Shown: positions 33,201-47,390 of the stretch, piece after piece | Position numbering within the stretch: position 1 is the stretch's first letter | Layout: each line of letters opens with the position of its first letter | Source of the DNA: Callorhinchus milii | Lineage: Eukaryota | DNA length: 64,000 nucleotides | Assembly (NCBI RefSeq): GCF_018977255.1 | Contig: NW_024704743.1 | Span: 109,370,001 to 109,434,000, forward strand | Direction of reading: 5' to 3' | The notes under the pieces: generated by a model | The model's input: the letters and a program-made list of their open reading frames with translations, nothing else | Database searches by the model: none | Told to the model about the DNA's origin: nothing | Position numbers and translations under genes: made by a program

Positions 33201-36200
33201 ATAGAAGAGGACACTGGGGGAAAAAGCAAAGGGTGTGGTTATTGTAGTAGGTTTTTTATGTTGAGACCCAATAAATTAAATAACGCATCAGTACTTTGGA
33301 TTACCTGTAACAACCTCTATTTTCATTATACCTGGTTTATGCTATACCCTATAACTTGAGGGGATCTACAAATATCCGGAAATCAACTTAATAGTCCAAA
33401 CGCATCACTTATGATATTTGGAAATTGTAAACCTAGGTGATCTTTGTAAATATACTTTTATTATTAATTATTTGTCACAGGCATTTCAGTCCCACCCCCC
33501 TATTTGGGGGAAGGAATTTTATTGGCTGGACACTGGCACCAGTGTCAGGAGGTGAAGAATGTTTTTCTGAGACAGTCTTGTGCCAACTCTGGATGAATCA
33601 GAACAGAACCTTTGGTGTGTGGGCAAGTTAGTCCAGCAGGATCTTGAGTATATAATAAACAAGTGAGCAGGAAAATCATGAGTTTGGAAAAGTGGTGTTA
33701 TCTTGTTTCATTTGGCTACTTGGAAATGTACTTGGATATTGAATGACCCCTCTCCGCTAACCACCTGTGAAAAGTACTCCACGAAGGTTGTACCAGGTAC
33801 TGTTTTCATAATGTTTGAACCCATAATGCTAGTTAAAGCCCCCAAAAAACAAGTATTAAAATTGTAATGACTTCAGTAAAAGCAGCACTTCCCAGAGTTT
33901 ACTGATTTTATAAAGCTGGCAAGACTCTGGGTTAATTGACAGTTGCCTGTTAATCATCTTCTTTGGTGTACTCGGCATATACTTGTTTTGGAAGGCTCAG
34001 GTCATGCACACATTGTCTGTTTGTAGGTTTGAGTCCAAGAATTGCCTGACACTTTGTAGGTGGGACTTTGGACAGATGATTGGGGCTCTCTTTGGTAGGA
34101 GGGGAGAGAAAAAAGCTAAATAAGTCAAACTCTTGAGTAAGCTAATTACGCAATTTCACTCTGCTGTGTTGCCCAATTATCCTGGTGGTTTGGCTGAAAG
34201 ACTGTAAAGATAAGAATAAAAGTTGTTATGAAAGCATTTTGGATCTATATTAAAAAAAATGCTGTTACATCCAACTCAATCCCTGTGAAGTGCTGCGGGA
34301 TATTATCTATGCGAAAGTCACAGTATGTGTTGATCAATGTGATCAAGCCATTAAGATTTTTTTTACATTCAGCGTCATGTACAAATTTGATTTAAGGATC
34401 AAAGTCATTTAATTCCTTGTATGCAATCAAGTTTTTTTTATATCTTGTGATATAATTTGTTAGGCAAATTGATTGTCTTCATGTTCTGCGCACATTATAG
34501 GCAATTGGCTTCATGCATGTGATTGTAATTTTCAGAACAAATCATTTTGCCTATTTGGGATTTTATTGAGAAAAAGTCGTGCTTGCTGTCACTTAAGATT
34601 ACAATATGTTGATTGTATTGCAATCATACACAACCATCCCATACTTTGTTAATGCAAAAAGATAAAGATAGCATTGATTGATTGAGAAGCATTGATTGAC
34701 TGAGAAGTATAGTCTTGATTGTGAAGTGGAAGCACGACTCAAGAAGATGCATTAATCAGCATTCCTAATATATTGGTGCTCCTTCGAAAAGAAGTGTCTT
34801 TTATAGAATTTAAAAATACATTGCATTTTGTGCTTTACTGATGGTGTCTGAAAGCACTTCACAGGTAATTACTGTCAAATGTGGTAATTGTAGGCAAACA
34901 CGGTAGGTAATCTTTTAGTAGACAGACACGGCAGCCATTTACCGTCAGCCAAGTCTCAAGAAACAGCTATGGAGTGACTGACCGATTCACCTGGACTCAC
35001 TATTGACCACTATCAATTGGGTTGTGGTGACCCAAGCTCATGTCAGATGTTCTGCAGTCAATGGGAACATTTTCTTCCCTGCCTGGCAAGCCCAAGATCT
35101 CACATGGAAAACTTGGTATTCATTTAGCTTCATTGCTACCAGTAATCAAATAGATGCTGGTAATTGTTTGTTAAAATTGCTGGGGAGGTGGGAGGAGGGA
35201 AAGATTTGAAAAAGAACCGTCTTTGACCACAATTTGTTTTAAATCCTCATTTTTTTCTTCCTCTCCTTGAATATAAAAAAAGTCATGCAGATAGTTTTTA
35301 CGTTTACTATCAAAAGACTGAAGCTCTTTTTACTTATATGCTAATTACATTTTTCTTAGTTTCAGCCATTATCAGCAGCTGTTGTGGGTTTTTTGCGTGT
35401 AGAATTCAAGAGCAAATACTGTAGTGTTGATGATATAATCAAATTTTAATGTGGCAAGCAGTGAGACCGATTTCAGCTTACTGCAGGATTCTATGTAAAG
35501 GGAAGGGGGTGGGAAATCCATCAGCTAAAAAAATCAAATAGCAAAATTAAATACATGGCTTTGTTACATTCATTGCAAGATCTAAGCAACTGTATGTCTG
35601 GAATATACTGAATTACTGATTACCTGCTTTCACATGCACAAGCTCGGAGCACATTAATTCTGTTGAAGCTGTCAGCTGTGAGTCATTTATTCTGGAAGAG
35701 AAGAGAAGTACTTTGACACATCTTTATGTGGGGGAAAAAAAAGCTCTTTGTTACATACTACTTGGAACATTATGGCGTTACTTTCATATATCCACCCCCT
35801 CCCACACCTAACCCCTTGATACCAGCATAATAAGTATGCTTGTTAATATCCTGTTGTAGCAGAGAATCACTTTCCTCCCACAGTCGGTGAGAATGTTATC
35901 ATTTCAGCTACTGCATTTGTTTTCAAATCAGCATGGAAGTTGGTCAGTTGTTGATGTATTCGATTTGAGATCTGTTTTATATCTGGATTAGTTGTATTAG
36001 CATCGTTGCTCTGCCTCTGAGGATGATTGCGTGTGTGCATGTGTGGTATGTGTGACAATGCCAACAGTTCAGTGTTTTCAATTCTCATTAATTCAAGTGT
36101 GCCCTTTAGCCTATTGTAGTGAGTGTTATGTTCCTGTTTTTTATGAATTCTCTTGATTAATCTCATACTGACTTGACTGGTCTGAAGGTTTCAGGTTGAG

Positions 36201-37137
36201 TTCAGGAGAGGAATTCATAACCATTAATAACCTCCATTCTCGTAAGGTAATTCTAAATATATTGGGCAGTAAGCATAATTTGAAACTATTACATGGCTTG
36301 TGAAGCAAATTAGTAATTTACTCCATTCCTGATTGTTACTGTTGCGTTTTTGAGTGGTTGCTTAATTCTAGCCAAAACTTGTACAAAATATTAAGCAGTT
36401 AAATGATGGTGATTCTTTTCAGTGTTGTTTTAAAAATAAGGTCATTGTGGGATTTGGATCTGGATAAATCCAAAACAGTCTGCCATGGAAGAGCACATGG
36501 GTTCACATATTTTTCTGGCATTATTACCATTTATAACGTGTGAGTTGAGCTCATTTTGGCAGGACTCGCATTTCTGAGTCAGATTCATAATCTAGACTGA
36601 ATACAGTATGAAGTAGTGTTCTCTTACCTGAGATCTTAAAACCAAAGTCCTGTCTGCCTACTCATGGAACTATTTAAGTGTCCTGTCCAATATGCCTTCA
36701 CAATTTTAATTTAGTAACACAAATGACAGTTTAATTAGTAATTTATCTTGTTTGTGGGATTTGCTGTCACATTTGCTTAAATCATTTAAATGTTATTTCA
36801 AAGTAACTCATATAAAATGCTTTGAAATGTTTCTGTGCAATGAGGTGGTACTATAAATTGAACGGAAGTGCTGTAAAACCCACAAGTCATATCAGTCGGG
36901 ACTATAACATTTAATATGAAATACGCAAAGTCTGAATGCAGACAAATCTGTATGTCGTTTAAAATCAGATTTAATCAGTTGACACTGCGCACGTGTAATT
37001 CAATGCAACCAGTAAATGTGCATGCTGTACCTCATCACTGCAGCCAGTGAATGCACATGTGATGACAAGTGGAGATGACATTTCCCACGATTCGGTACGT
37101 CTTGACCTGTCGCTGCATGCGCACTTTCGTGCAAACA

Positions 37138-37351
37138 TTATAATAATAATAATGCTTGCATTTGATATAGCGCTTTTCGCATCGGGAGGACGTCCCAAAG
37201 CGCTTCACAGAACACACTGTAAAGTGAATTGACTGTATATTTGTGGGCGAACGCGGCAGCCAATTGCACACAGCAATGTCCCACAAACAGTAGTAGATTG
37301 AAAATGACCAATTTATTATTGTTTTTGGTTTTGGAGGGATTATTATTATTG
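37138..37351 (-). mobile_element. Young SINE, short subfamily, 3' part
   Basis: Matches the body and tail of 12743-12960. Confidence 0.88.
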
Positions 37352-37433
37352 GAATCGCATTGAATCGCGGGAAATGAAGTTCTTCTGTGCAGCACTTTGA
37401 GATGTCTTCCTGACGAGAAGGGGCACGACATCA

Positions 37434-37688
37434 AATAATAATAATCCTTGCATTTGATATAGCGCTTTTCACGTCCGTATATTTGTGGGCGAAACGTGGC
37501 AGCCAATTGCGCACAGCAGTGTCCCACAAACAGTTGCGGATTGAAATCTATTATTGTTTTTTTTGAGGGATTATTATCAGGCATGTGGAGTAAGGAAACT
37601 TGCTCCAGGTTTCGCCCTGCCAGGAATCGAACCCAGGTCTCTCATTTGCGAGGCGAGTGCTCCAACCACTGAGCTACAGGACTCCACT
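37434..37688 (-). mobile_element. SINE with internal deletions
   Basis: Tail at 37434, body, and head ending GAGCTACAGGACTCCAC. Confidence 0.85.
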
Positions 37689-39230
37689 GTAGGATTCAAA
37701 TGCAAGGACTATTGCTAAATTATTATTTTCTCTCCATTTTTAATAATAAAACACGACAAAAGGATTGAACTGTAAGATCCTGAAACAATTTTGAATTTCA
37801 AATTTGATTTTAGCTTGCAACAAAACTTTAAAAAAACTTCTTCTTTTGTACAAAACAAAGTCCACGTGACTCGTGCTAATTGCCAAATTAACTTTAGCTC
37901 AGCTTGTCCAAAAGTAGCCTGAACAAATAAGGAAGGCGGTTGGAATAATGGCATTATGCGAGAGACACCATTTTGTGGGTGGATATGGGGCCCATGGTAC
38001 GATTAAAATAGTCAGACTTCTTTTAAAAAGTGTACTACATTATTTTCAGTGTATTTTGCTATTAGAATTTTTGCTGATGTCCGTCAAAATACTCGAACTT
38101 CATTCGTGATTTATGATTTTGTCAAAATCATTTGTTTGAATTGCTGACTTGTTAACTCTCTTATCAACACTGTCTTATCCTATAAATACTTAATAATAGG
38201 CAATGAAAAACTGTGTTAATCTCGGCTCATGAACTCCTGGAAACCCTCAAACAGGAAATATTCATTTCCTATTCTGATCCAGCAAAAAGCAATGATTGTT
38301 CTCTACACATTCACTTGTGGACTCGGTAGCTTTTTGTGTGTGTGATTCATTACTTTGCATGTCGACTTTCTGCTTTAGTTTGGTGCCAGTAATTTTTTCA
38401 AATAGGATTAAAATGTTAATTTGGAAGCTCCTCTGTAATCTAAACAAAGAGATGGTTGCCAATCTTCTTTTCCAGCAAAAGGTTTGTGAGAACTTGAAAT
38501 TTAAAGCCTCGGAAGGCTGTAGGTGAGGAATCAATTAGGAAGTTTTAAAAGGAGATAGATAGATTCTTGGGAAGTAATGGATGTAGAGAAAACGGTGAGA
38601 AAATGGAATTAAAAGATTTGCCATGTTTGAGTAGAATGGTAGAATAGGCAAGCCAAATTGTATACTCCTGTAGCTATGTTAATAATGACAATAGCATATT
38701 CAGTTTGTGCAGTTTGTTCACCTATGTATAAAAAATACTCTATAATAGAGTCCTTAAAGTGCTTTGAGACTCCCTCACATAGTGAAAGGCGCTGTAACAT
38801 TCAAAGATTTTTCCTTTCAATCCAGTTCCTCAGTTCACCTGTTTCATGTGTGAATTACTGTTAACATTTCATTGTGAATAACTGTTAATGGTCTCAATTT
38901 TAACTAAATGAAAGGGTGCTAGGACCTTGGGAGAAGATGAGTCATCATCATCACCTCTCGCCAACAGTTTCAGTTTGGCGGCTGTGGGAAAAGGAGGTGG
39001 GGGAAAAGGCATGGAGCGCAGTCTGCTGTCACTATTGCAACGCAGTCATGGAAAAAACAGTACATCATTTCTGTGCACCCACAGAGAGGGGGTGTGTGTT
39101 TGTGGAGGAAGCATAATCATTCTTTATTCCTTACTATAAAATGTGTACAATCAGCTTTTAGACCGTTGTGCCCAAATTACTTCTTGAAAGTCAGCTCTTC
39201 CATTGCTCTTTGCTGCCTCCCTCTTCACAA

Positions 39231-39570
39231 ACAACAACAAGATTACATTTGTATAATGCTTTTCACATTGGGAGGACGTCCCAAGGCGCTGGACAGAGTA
39301 CAGGGTTTCAGACCCGAGCTGGGGTCAGGGGGGGAAAAGGGAGGGGAAGGGGGGTGGCCGATGGCATAGTCGAAGAGGAGGGTCTTGAAGCAGGACTTGA
39401 AGAAGGCTAAGGAGGGGGTGAGGCGGAGTGACTTGGGGGATGGAATTCCAGAGGTTGGGGCAGAGTGGCTGAAGGTTCTCCCGCCAATGGTGGGGCGGGT
39501 GGGTCGGGGGACGTGGAGCAGGCCGGAGCCGGCTGAGCGGAGGGAGCGGGCGGGTTGGTAGGGGGTTAGG
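39231..39570 (-). mobile_element. L2 3' end
   Basis: (CAA)n tail, GGGAGGACGTCCCAAGGCGC, and an ORF2 C-terminal remnant. Confidence 0.85.
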
Positions 39571-40164
39571 ACTTGCTCAAGTCTTACGATTTGCGCAAGT
39601 GTCTTGGGTTTTATGAATGCGTCCTCATTTGTATAATTTTAATGTAGATGTTTTTATTTTTTTAAACTCAGACCATGCTATCGTGTCTGAGTGCGACAGT
39701 GCTCGGTTATGCTGAAATAAAGCAGCAGAAGAGTGTATTTACATTTCGAGCACAGTTTTAACACGTAGTCGATGGAGTGGAGTAATGGAAATCTAGGAAA
39801 TGTTATTAATGGGGCTTGCTGTGCTTGGAACTTCCTAACCATGTTTCCACCGGCTAATGTGAGATTCCATGACGTGCACCAGTTCAAACACTGCTTCTGT
39901 GTTCTAGCCCCTTGAGCTTAGTGCCTGGCCTGTACCACCCCCGGTAAACATTCTGCTTCATTTTCTGGCTCCAGTCTTCTCCTGTGAGGCATGTTTTGCT
40001 GTGTGATGTTTAATCAGATGCTGAGATGAGGTGGCCAAGGTTGAAATGATAGAAAACGGCAAGGGAAGAAAAGACCTTGAGTGAAGCAGTTCTGTAATAT
40101 CGTTGGCTGGAATGCACAGAATCAGGTGCAACAAATTGCATTGCTACAGTGCTCTGTGTTGCAC

Positions 40165-40617
40165 AAGTCACATGTCTGTGAGCCTATTACCACCATCATT
40201 ACTTGGCTCCACGGGCTCCCCATCCCCCAGAGTATTGAGTTCAAGATCCTCATCTTCACTGTTAAATCCTTCCACGGTCAGCCCCTACCTCTATGACCTT
40301 TTAAAACCTAAACAACTCGTCCACTCCTTCTGCTAGACAAGCACCAGCCTGCTTCACGTTCCCCACCCTGCCCATTCCACCATTGGTGGTAAGTTATTCA
40401 GCCTTCTGTCCCCACCCTTTGGAACTCCATCCTGGAATCCCTTTGCCTTGCCCCTTCCCTTACCTCCTTTAAGTCTGTCTCAATACCTTCTTTCCACCTC
40501 CACTCCCCTTGCCACACCTCCCAAATCCAGTGCCCAGGTTGGATACAACCACTCGGCTGTCCAATGCCTTGGGACATCCTTCTAACATAAAATGTGTTGT
40601 ATAAACATGATTTGTTG
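40165..40617 (+). mobile_element. Older L2 3' fragment
   Basis: WLHGLPIPQSIEFKILIFTVKSFHG, LWNSIL, and a degenerate tail. Confidence 0.8.
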
Positions 40618-40894
40618 TCAGTTTGTTGCAGTTTTTGTCTGATGGTAGTTGCTTGTGGTTGTCTATCTCCTCTGATGATGTAGTTGATGAATCCACAGCT
40701 GGATGTGAAACTGAATCACCCGTGTTTGATTACCAGCCTGTGCTGATCTGGTGTGAGGAAGCAGTTTAGGCTAAACATTTGGCCTCAATGCTCCTGGCTA
40801 GGAGGTGGACAAAATTCCTCCAGGGGTTCCTGTTTGCTGTCGTTATCAGCAAGGGCAATTAGGAGAAGGTCAGGATCAGGCTTGGTGTCATAAA

Positions 40895-41035
40895 ATCATA
40901 GAATTATACAGCACAGAAGGAGGCCATTTCGGCCCATAGTGTCTGTGCCCGCTCTTTGAAAAGAACTATCCAAATCAATCCCACTCCCCCGCTCACTCCC
41001 CATAGCCCTGCAAATTTGTTCTCCCCAAATAATTA
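40895..41035 (-). mobile_element. CR1-type 3' end
   Basis: ATCATAGAATTATACAGCACAGAAGGAGGCCATTTCGGCCCAT is the reverse complement of a typical chondrichthyan CR1 tail. Confidence 0.65.
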
Positions 41036-42753
41036 TTGACTTCGTGATTGAAGTAGCCGACAATGATGTGATTAAGCACTCACATGAAGACTAGCTAGTG
41101 GGTAGGGTTCAGAGAGGGAATGGCCCCCATTAAATTGAACACTACCAAGAAGAAGTGAGAAAATTGGAGGATGGATAGAAACAAAAAATCAAATCGATTG
41201 CCATTTACCAAATTCTCTTTGTGTACTTCTCTTTCCTCCTTTCCCCTTTTCTACCCCACCCCCTGAATTTGCTAAGCAGATTAAGCTGGCCTAATTTTCA
41301 AAAGTGTAGCATGATATCTTTTGATTAATACAACATATTTCCCAATGTATTTGTCACTGTAATATCAGGGGATGTATTTCAGCCAGTCACATGTTTGTTT
41401 CAGCCTCTACTTGTTCCTGTTCCCTCATTAATACACAATGTCAATAGACAGGAAGAATCCTCGTCACTTGCCTTTCATATGACTCCTTGCAGACATGAGC
41501 TACTGTGCATGTGAAAACCATTCCACGGAGGAGACGGGATGTTATGGTCCAAGCACTGAAACTTCTTCAAGAGGAAATTGCTCTAAGTGTTTTAACGCTG
41601 AAAGCTTGTAGCCTAGAACTGTACAGTTACTGCTCAATTATCCCCTTTGCATCTGTCAACAGGGCACTAATGCCCATTTCACAAGCCTATACTTTAGCAC
41701 TGAAAGAGGCCACATAACTCGATTGCTTCATCAGTATGGAAATACGTGTTTTGCTAAAACCTTGATTTTAAAACAATAAGCTCCCTAATACAAGTTACAG
41801 TGCTATGCAATTTCTGCGCATAAATTTAGTTCTGAAATGGTGTATAAATTACTGCTGATGCATTTGTGGAGAAATGACCTCTTTATTTTCCATCCTTTTT
41901 AAAACCAATATAAGATGGTGTTTAGAGCACAGTGAGATTGACCACTTAATTCTTTTTTTAGCAATAAACCTGTAGTGCAGCAGTTCACAGGCAATAACTG
42001 CATTCATTGAAAGTTGAGATTATTTCCAAGGGCATTGGGTTCAAATCAAATATGGAATGAAAGTGTGATGAGTTTTGGTAGTCATCAACCCAGTTTGCTA
42101 GTGGTTATAATTTCACAGAACAGAACTGTCCATAGTCTCACTCGGAAAAGCCACGAGCGAGACTTGTGTGACAAATCGAAAGGAATAGTGATGCAGTAGT
42201 GGATCACGGCACTAAGGCAGTAAAGTTTAGAAGGGGTGTAATTTATTTTGGGGTCCCAGGTTTAGGGAGGAGAAAATCAGTCTGTTCCTGCTTCTGATTG
42301 CTGCCCAGAGAATTCTGCTGGAAAGTTGCTTGTGCGTGGGTATCAGGTTCAGGTTCACTTGTGATGCCTCTACAGACAAAAGGGCCTCTCACACAAGTTT
42401 CTCAAAAGAGAGAGTATTTTAGAAAATGTACTAAAAAATAAATAAATAAATTGGAAGATTGTGGAAGAAAGGTGTAGGTAGATATTGACTTCCTAATCGC
42501 AGAGGCTGAAATCTAGAATCCTGTTGCGGCAACATGTTGAAAAGCGCTAAATCAAATACAAGGATGCAAATACATAAGTACTTTCAGACCAATGTTCTGG
42601 ATACCAATTCAGGAATGGAAATTATATTGGCTTTCTACCCACCCCCACGCCCTCCCCAAATCCAAGGATGTTGAAGTCAGTTGTATCCCCTTCAATCTCC
42701 AGCTGGAGAGCTTGAGTTTATACATGGCTTGTTTGATAGTGGCATTTATGATA

Positions 42754-43125
42754 GTGGAGCCCTGTAGTTCAGTGGTTAGAGCACTCGCCTCGCAAGCAAG
42801 AGACCTCGGCTTGATTCCCGGCAAGGCGAAATGTTGGGCAAGTTTCCTTACTCCACACGCCTCTGTTTACCTAGCAGTAAGTAGGAACCTGGTCATTAGT
42901 TGATGGATGGATCACATTTCCGGGGGTAATAATTTCTTAAAAAAATAAGTAAATTGGTCATTCAATCCACGACTGTTTGTGGAGCATTGTTGTGCGCAAT
43001 TGGTTGCTGTGTTTCACCCACAAAATATACAGTCAATTCACTTTACAGTATATTTTGTGAAGCGCTATTGAGACGTCTCGAAGATGTGATAAGGTGCTAT
43101 ATCAAATGCAAGGATTATTGTTATT
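42754..43125 (+). mobile_element. SINE long subfamily, full length
   Basis: GTGGAGCCCTGTAGTTCAGTGGTTAGAGCACTCGCCTCGCAAG...GCCTCTGTTTACCTAGCAGTAAGTAGGAACCTGG...GAGACGTCTCGAAGATGTGATAAGG...(ATT)n. Confidence 0.9.
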
Positions 43126-45221
43126 CATTGAATGAAATGTTTAAAACTGAAGAACGGGTGAATGATTGTACATCCCATGACCCTTAACAGTTTTGTTAAT
43201 ATTCTCTTCCAAAAAAACTCTTCCCACAGTTCGTGACTCTGTATATTCAGGTTTTCAAAAATGCACAATACGATCAAAGTTTGATGTGAATTTGTTTTGC
43301 TTTTGGTTAGCAATCTTTATTAATAATGAAAATCTTTACATTTGGAATAGTAACTTTCACTTTGGGTGGACGCCCAAAGTGCTTCATGGGACATACTGTA
43401 AGGTGCAATGACTGCGTGATTTATTAATGTAGGGTTTGAGAGAGGAGACTGAAACCAAATTACTTTCATCCTCTTGTGGGTAAGGCCCATGGAATCTAAA
43501 CTTCCCATAATTTAATAGGATAGAAGCTCTTAAGTAGTTGTAGAAATTTGTAATATCCTTTTAATTTCCCCAAAATGGCTTGTTCACAAATTTCAGTTTT
43601 GGAATTAGTAATAGCTTCCCATTTTATTCAGAGGTTTTCTTTTTGGGAAGTATCTTTTAGTGATTTGCATCAGGATGTCTAATGGGCTCTACACTGCAAT
43701 GAGTGATGTGAAGAGGATCTTTTAAAGCTGCTAGTCAAAGACTACGATTACTTAACTGATTTATTTTAGGCCAGCAAGCTCGTTGTATGGTGACTTAACC
43801 GTTTTCTGCTCCCAACATCCACATGGGTTAAATTCTTGAGTCAATGTTATGCCTATAAAATACACAGTCAAACCCAGTAAATCAGTAAATTCTGTGAAGT
43901 ATTTTGAGACATTTCGATGATGTGATAATGTGATAAGGTGCTATATCAAATGCAAGGTTTTTTTTATGAGTTGGCATCTTGGCTCGGTTGGTGGCACTTA
44001 TGTAGCTGGGTCAGAAATTTGTGGGTTTAGGCTCTGCATTACGACTGAGCTCTCAGTCTATGCTGACACATCATTGCAGTGCTGTAGGAGCACTGCATTG
44101 TTGGAGAGATGCTGTCCTTCAGATGAGATGTTAAACTGGGATTCTGTTTGTGTGTTTAGGTGGATGTTACGAGGTATATAACCCTTGGAGTTCTGTAGCT
44201 TAGTGGTTAGAGCACTCGGCTCGCAAGCGAGAGGATCTGGGTTTGATTCCCGGCCTCCAGCTGCACCTTAGTGTTGTGCAAACATTTGCAAAAATAAGTT
44301 CTGGTTGCGTGCTTTGTTTTCAATGAGAACCACCTCCACATTCAGCGTTGAAGAGGTGCCTATGATAGAATCTACAATAGGCTATTTTCTGTGTGTAATT
44401 TCTGTTATTTACTAGCCCACAGTGAAACACGTCAAGTGCACTTTCCAGAAGTTGGTGCTCAACAACCTCATTTGGTTTACACAATAAACAAACACAGTTC
44501 CCAATGAAATGTTGTCATTGACCATTCACTTCATGGCTGTTGTGGGACATTGCTACACATAAAATTGTCTGCTGCTTTCGCCTACAAATACACAATCATT
44601 GCACTTTGCAATAAATGCTGTGAAGCGTTTTGAGAAGTTTTGATGACTGGATAAGGTGCAATTTCAGATTTAATGCCGCATCCAGAATGTCGCCCAGAGA
44701 AGTTGCCGTCAAATGTCTTGGGTGTTGCTTCATAGCTGCGCAATATCATTTAAAATAACAAGGGCTCCAAGATTTCTCCACACACCCCCCCCCCCTCAAA
44801 TCCAAGGACGTTGAGGTCAATTGTCAAGGAGGGCAGATAATGGATTCTCACCATTTGGTATGACGGCTATAATCTCAAGTAGTCAAGGCAGAGGAGGCTG
44901 ACAGTAATGGGATGAACAATTCTGAACAATCCATCAGCTGTTCCCACGGAGCAGCTACTAACTTTTGACACAAAATCAGAAAGGAAATGGGAGGAAGCTC
45001 TGTTTTATACTACTAGGAACAATAAATGTAGGATTTAAAGATAGAGGTTAGGAAATGTTATCACCATGTTCAAAAAAAAAAAAAGTAATGAGACGTGAAT
45101 CAAGAAATGACATAAGCCATTTAGCCTAAAACTGGTAGTAGAGTAAATGCTTGGACATGTCGACAAAATGGAGGCCATACTTTTTGTGTTCCATCAACGT
45201 CTTCTCTGCTGTGAGTCTGAA

Positions 45222-45960
45222 CTCCTCAACCTCCCTGAGCTCTCCCTCAGACTCACCAAACCCCTTCGCAACTTAGGCGTCAGGTTCAATCCCCAACTTT
45301 TCTTTCTACCCCACATCTATTCCCTGACCAGGACTGCTTTTTTCCACCTCTGCCACATTGTCCACCTTTGGTCCTTACCTCACAACTGACACAGCTGAAG
45401 CCCTCATCCATGCCTTTGTCACTTCCCTCTAGACTATTCCAATGCCCTCTCGCTGGTCTTCCCAGCTCCACCATCCACAAAATCCAATTAATTCAAAACT
45501 CCGCCACCCGGAAGCTCACCCGCACAAAACTCTGTACCCCCATCACACCAGTTGTTGCCAGACTCTACTAGCTCCCACTTACTGAATAGATCGATTTCAA
45601 GATTCTCACTCGTTTTCAAATCCCTTCATGCCCTCGCACCTCCCTACTTATCCAACCTGCTTTACCCCCCACCCCACCACCTGCTGGCTCCGGCCTCCTT
45701 TTTGTCTCTTGTCCCCTCTGCTCCACCATCGGTAACTGTGCCTTCAGCCACTGCGCCCTAGAACTCTCTCCCTCCATCCCTCTGCCTTGCCCCTCCCTCT
45801 CCACTTTCAAATCCCGCCTAAAGACCTTCCTTTTTGATCGTGTTTCCGGTCACCTCCTCCCTCCCTCTCCCCATGGCTTGGTGTGAGACTTCACCACTGT
45901 CAAGCGCTCCTGGACCCTACCCTGTGTGAGGGAGCGCTATATAAATGCGAGTTGTTGTTG
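45222..45960 (+). mobile_element. Older L2 LINE 3' part
   Basis: LRNLGVRFNPQLFF, AEALIHAFV, IHKIQLIQNSATRKL; tail GCGCTATATAAATGCGAG(TTG)n. Confidence 0.85.
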
Positions 45961-47120
45961 AACATGTAAGATGCTTATTAGACGGCTGATGAATCATGGA
46001 AATTACTTTCTTACTAGGCCAACCCGTTCCATCTTGCCCAATTTAGCGTAAAATAAATACAAATGTAATAACATTTTATGGTAATAACATGGACAGTGTT
46101 AGTGTAGTATCTGAGTGCTATCCAGACCTGCTAATAATAACAATATCACCTAATGTATCATTTTTCATTTATAAGTCAACATTTCAGTTTTATTTACCCT
46201 GTCTTTCTCTCTTCCACTTTCCCTAATTTGCATCTTTATATAAATGCAGGTTGTTGTGGTATAACTTTACCTTTTTTTGTAGATAATCTGATTCATAGAA
46301 TATCTTCTACCTCTTCTATCCTTTTCTCTTCCCAACACTCAAAATAACAAGGTTGGAGGCAACTTCTAGAAGTTTCGAGAAGAACTTAATGTTTGCTCTA
46401 CTGTTAAGACTCAGAAAAGCATGTAGTTGATTGCAGATGTCAGCCTAGCTCAGTTGGTAGCATTCTCGCCTTGCAGTTGGAAAGGTGTGGGTTCAAGGCA
46501 CACGTAGACAGACTTTGACCTCACTTAGTCTAAGTGACACGGAGCTTTGGTTTCCGCATGTGTCAGACACCCAGCTGACCAAAAAAAAAGGCATAACAAA
46601 TATTTTTAAAAGGACTACAGGAATTGCACAGTACATCCAATTATGGTTACTAACATACAGAAATTAGTGTGAGTGTAGTATCTGTGAGTAATATCCTCCT
46701 GCTGCTCCTCCACCACTCTGTTCAGTCAATCAGTCTTATTCTCTTTTTATAAGCAGCATGTCACAACTAGCAATGCATTAGATACTGGTACGAAATTAGA
46801 TCTTAAACCACAGACCTGCAAAAAAATGTGGCATTCCAAAACCTAATAGGCAGGCTCAGTATTGCCTGTTTGTTTTAGATTGCTTAGCAACATTAAATTC
46901 ATTTTAATTGTAGCCTGGAGAATACAATTTGCTGTTGTGGCTGTAGAGAATAAAAACATTTTTGAAAAGATTTATAACTTCTCTGTCTCTGCAAAAGAGT
47001 CCTCAGTGTTACAAATTTAGCACCTTGATTACTCACTCAAACAGTAACAATTGAATGCAGACTAGTGTTGTGAGACCAGTATGAACACAAGACAATTTTC
47101 TTAAGTCCGTTTGTTATTCT

Positions 47121-47390
47121 GGGGGATCTGGTGGACACATTGCATGAAGGACCATCCTTTTTACCACTTTGAGATCTGGATTTGAATCCACCCAAAACTA
47201 ATGGGATAAAGGTTTCCTCTTTTTGCTGACAAAGCTGTGTGAAAGATGTTTGGGTAGTGTGAATTTAGTCCACAATGCATAAATTGACACTGATTTGAAT
47301 CCTCTTTAGATGCATCGGAAGGATGGCTATGGTGGGAACTGGAAATATCCACACTGATACAGTGAGTCAAGGCAGAGTTAGGATAACCTT
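47121..47390 (+). mobile_element. Ancient LF-SINE-like element
   Basis: Ordered motifs GGGGATCTGG, CCTTTTTACCACT..GATCTGGATTTGAATCCACCCA, TGTGTGAAAGATGTTTGGGTAGT and AAATTGACACTGATTT resemble the recalled LF-SINE consensus. Highly diverged. Confidence 0.4.
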
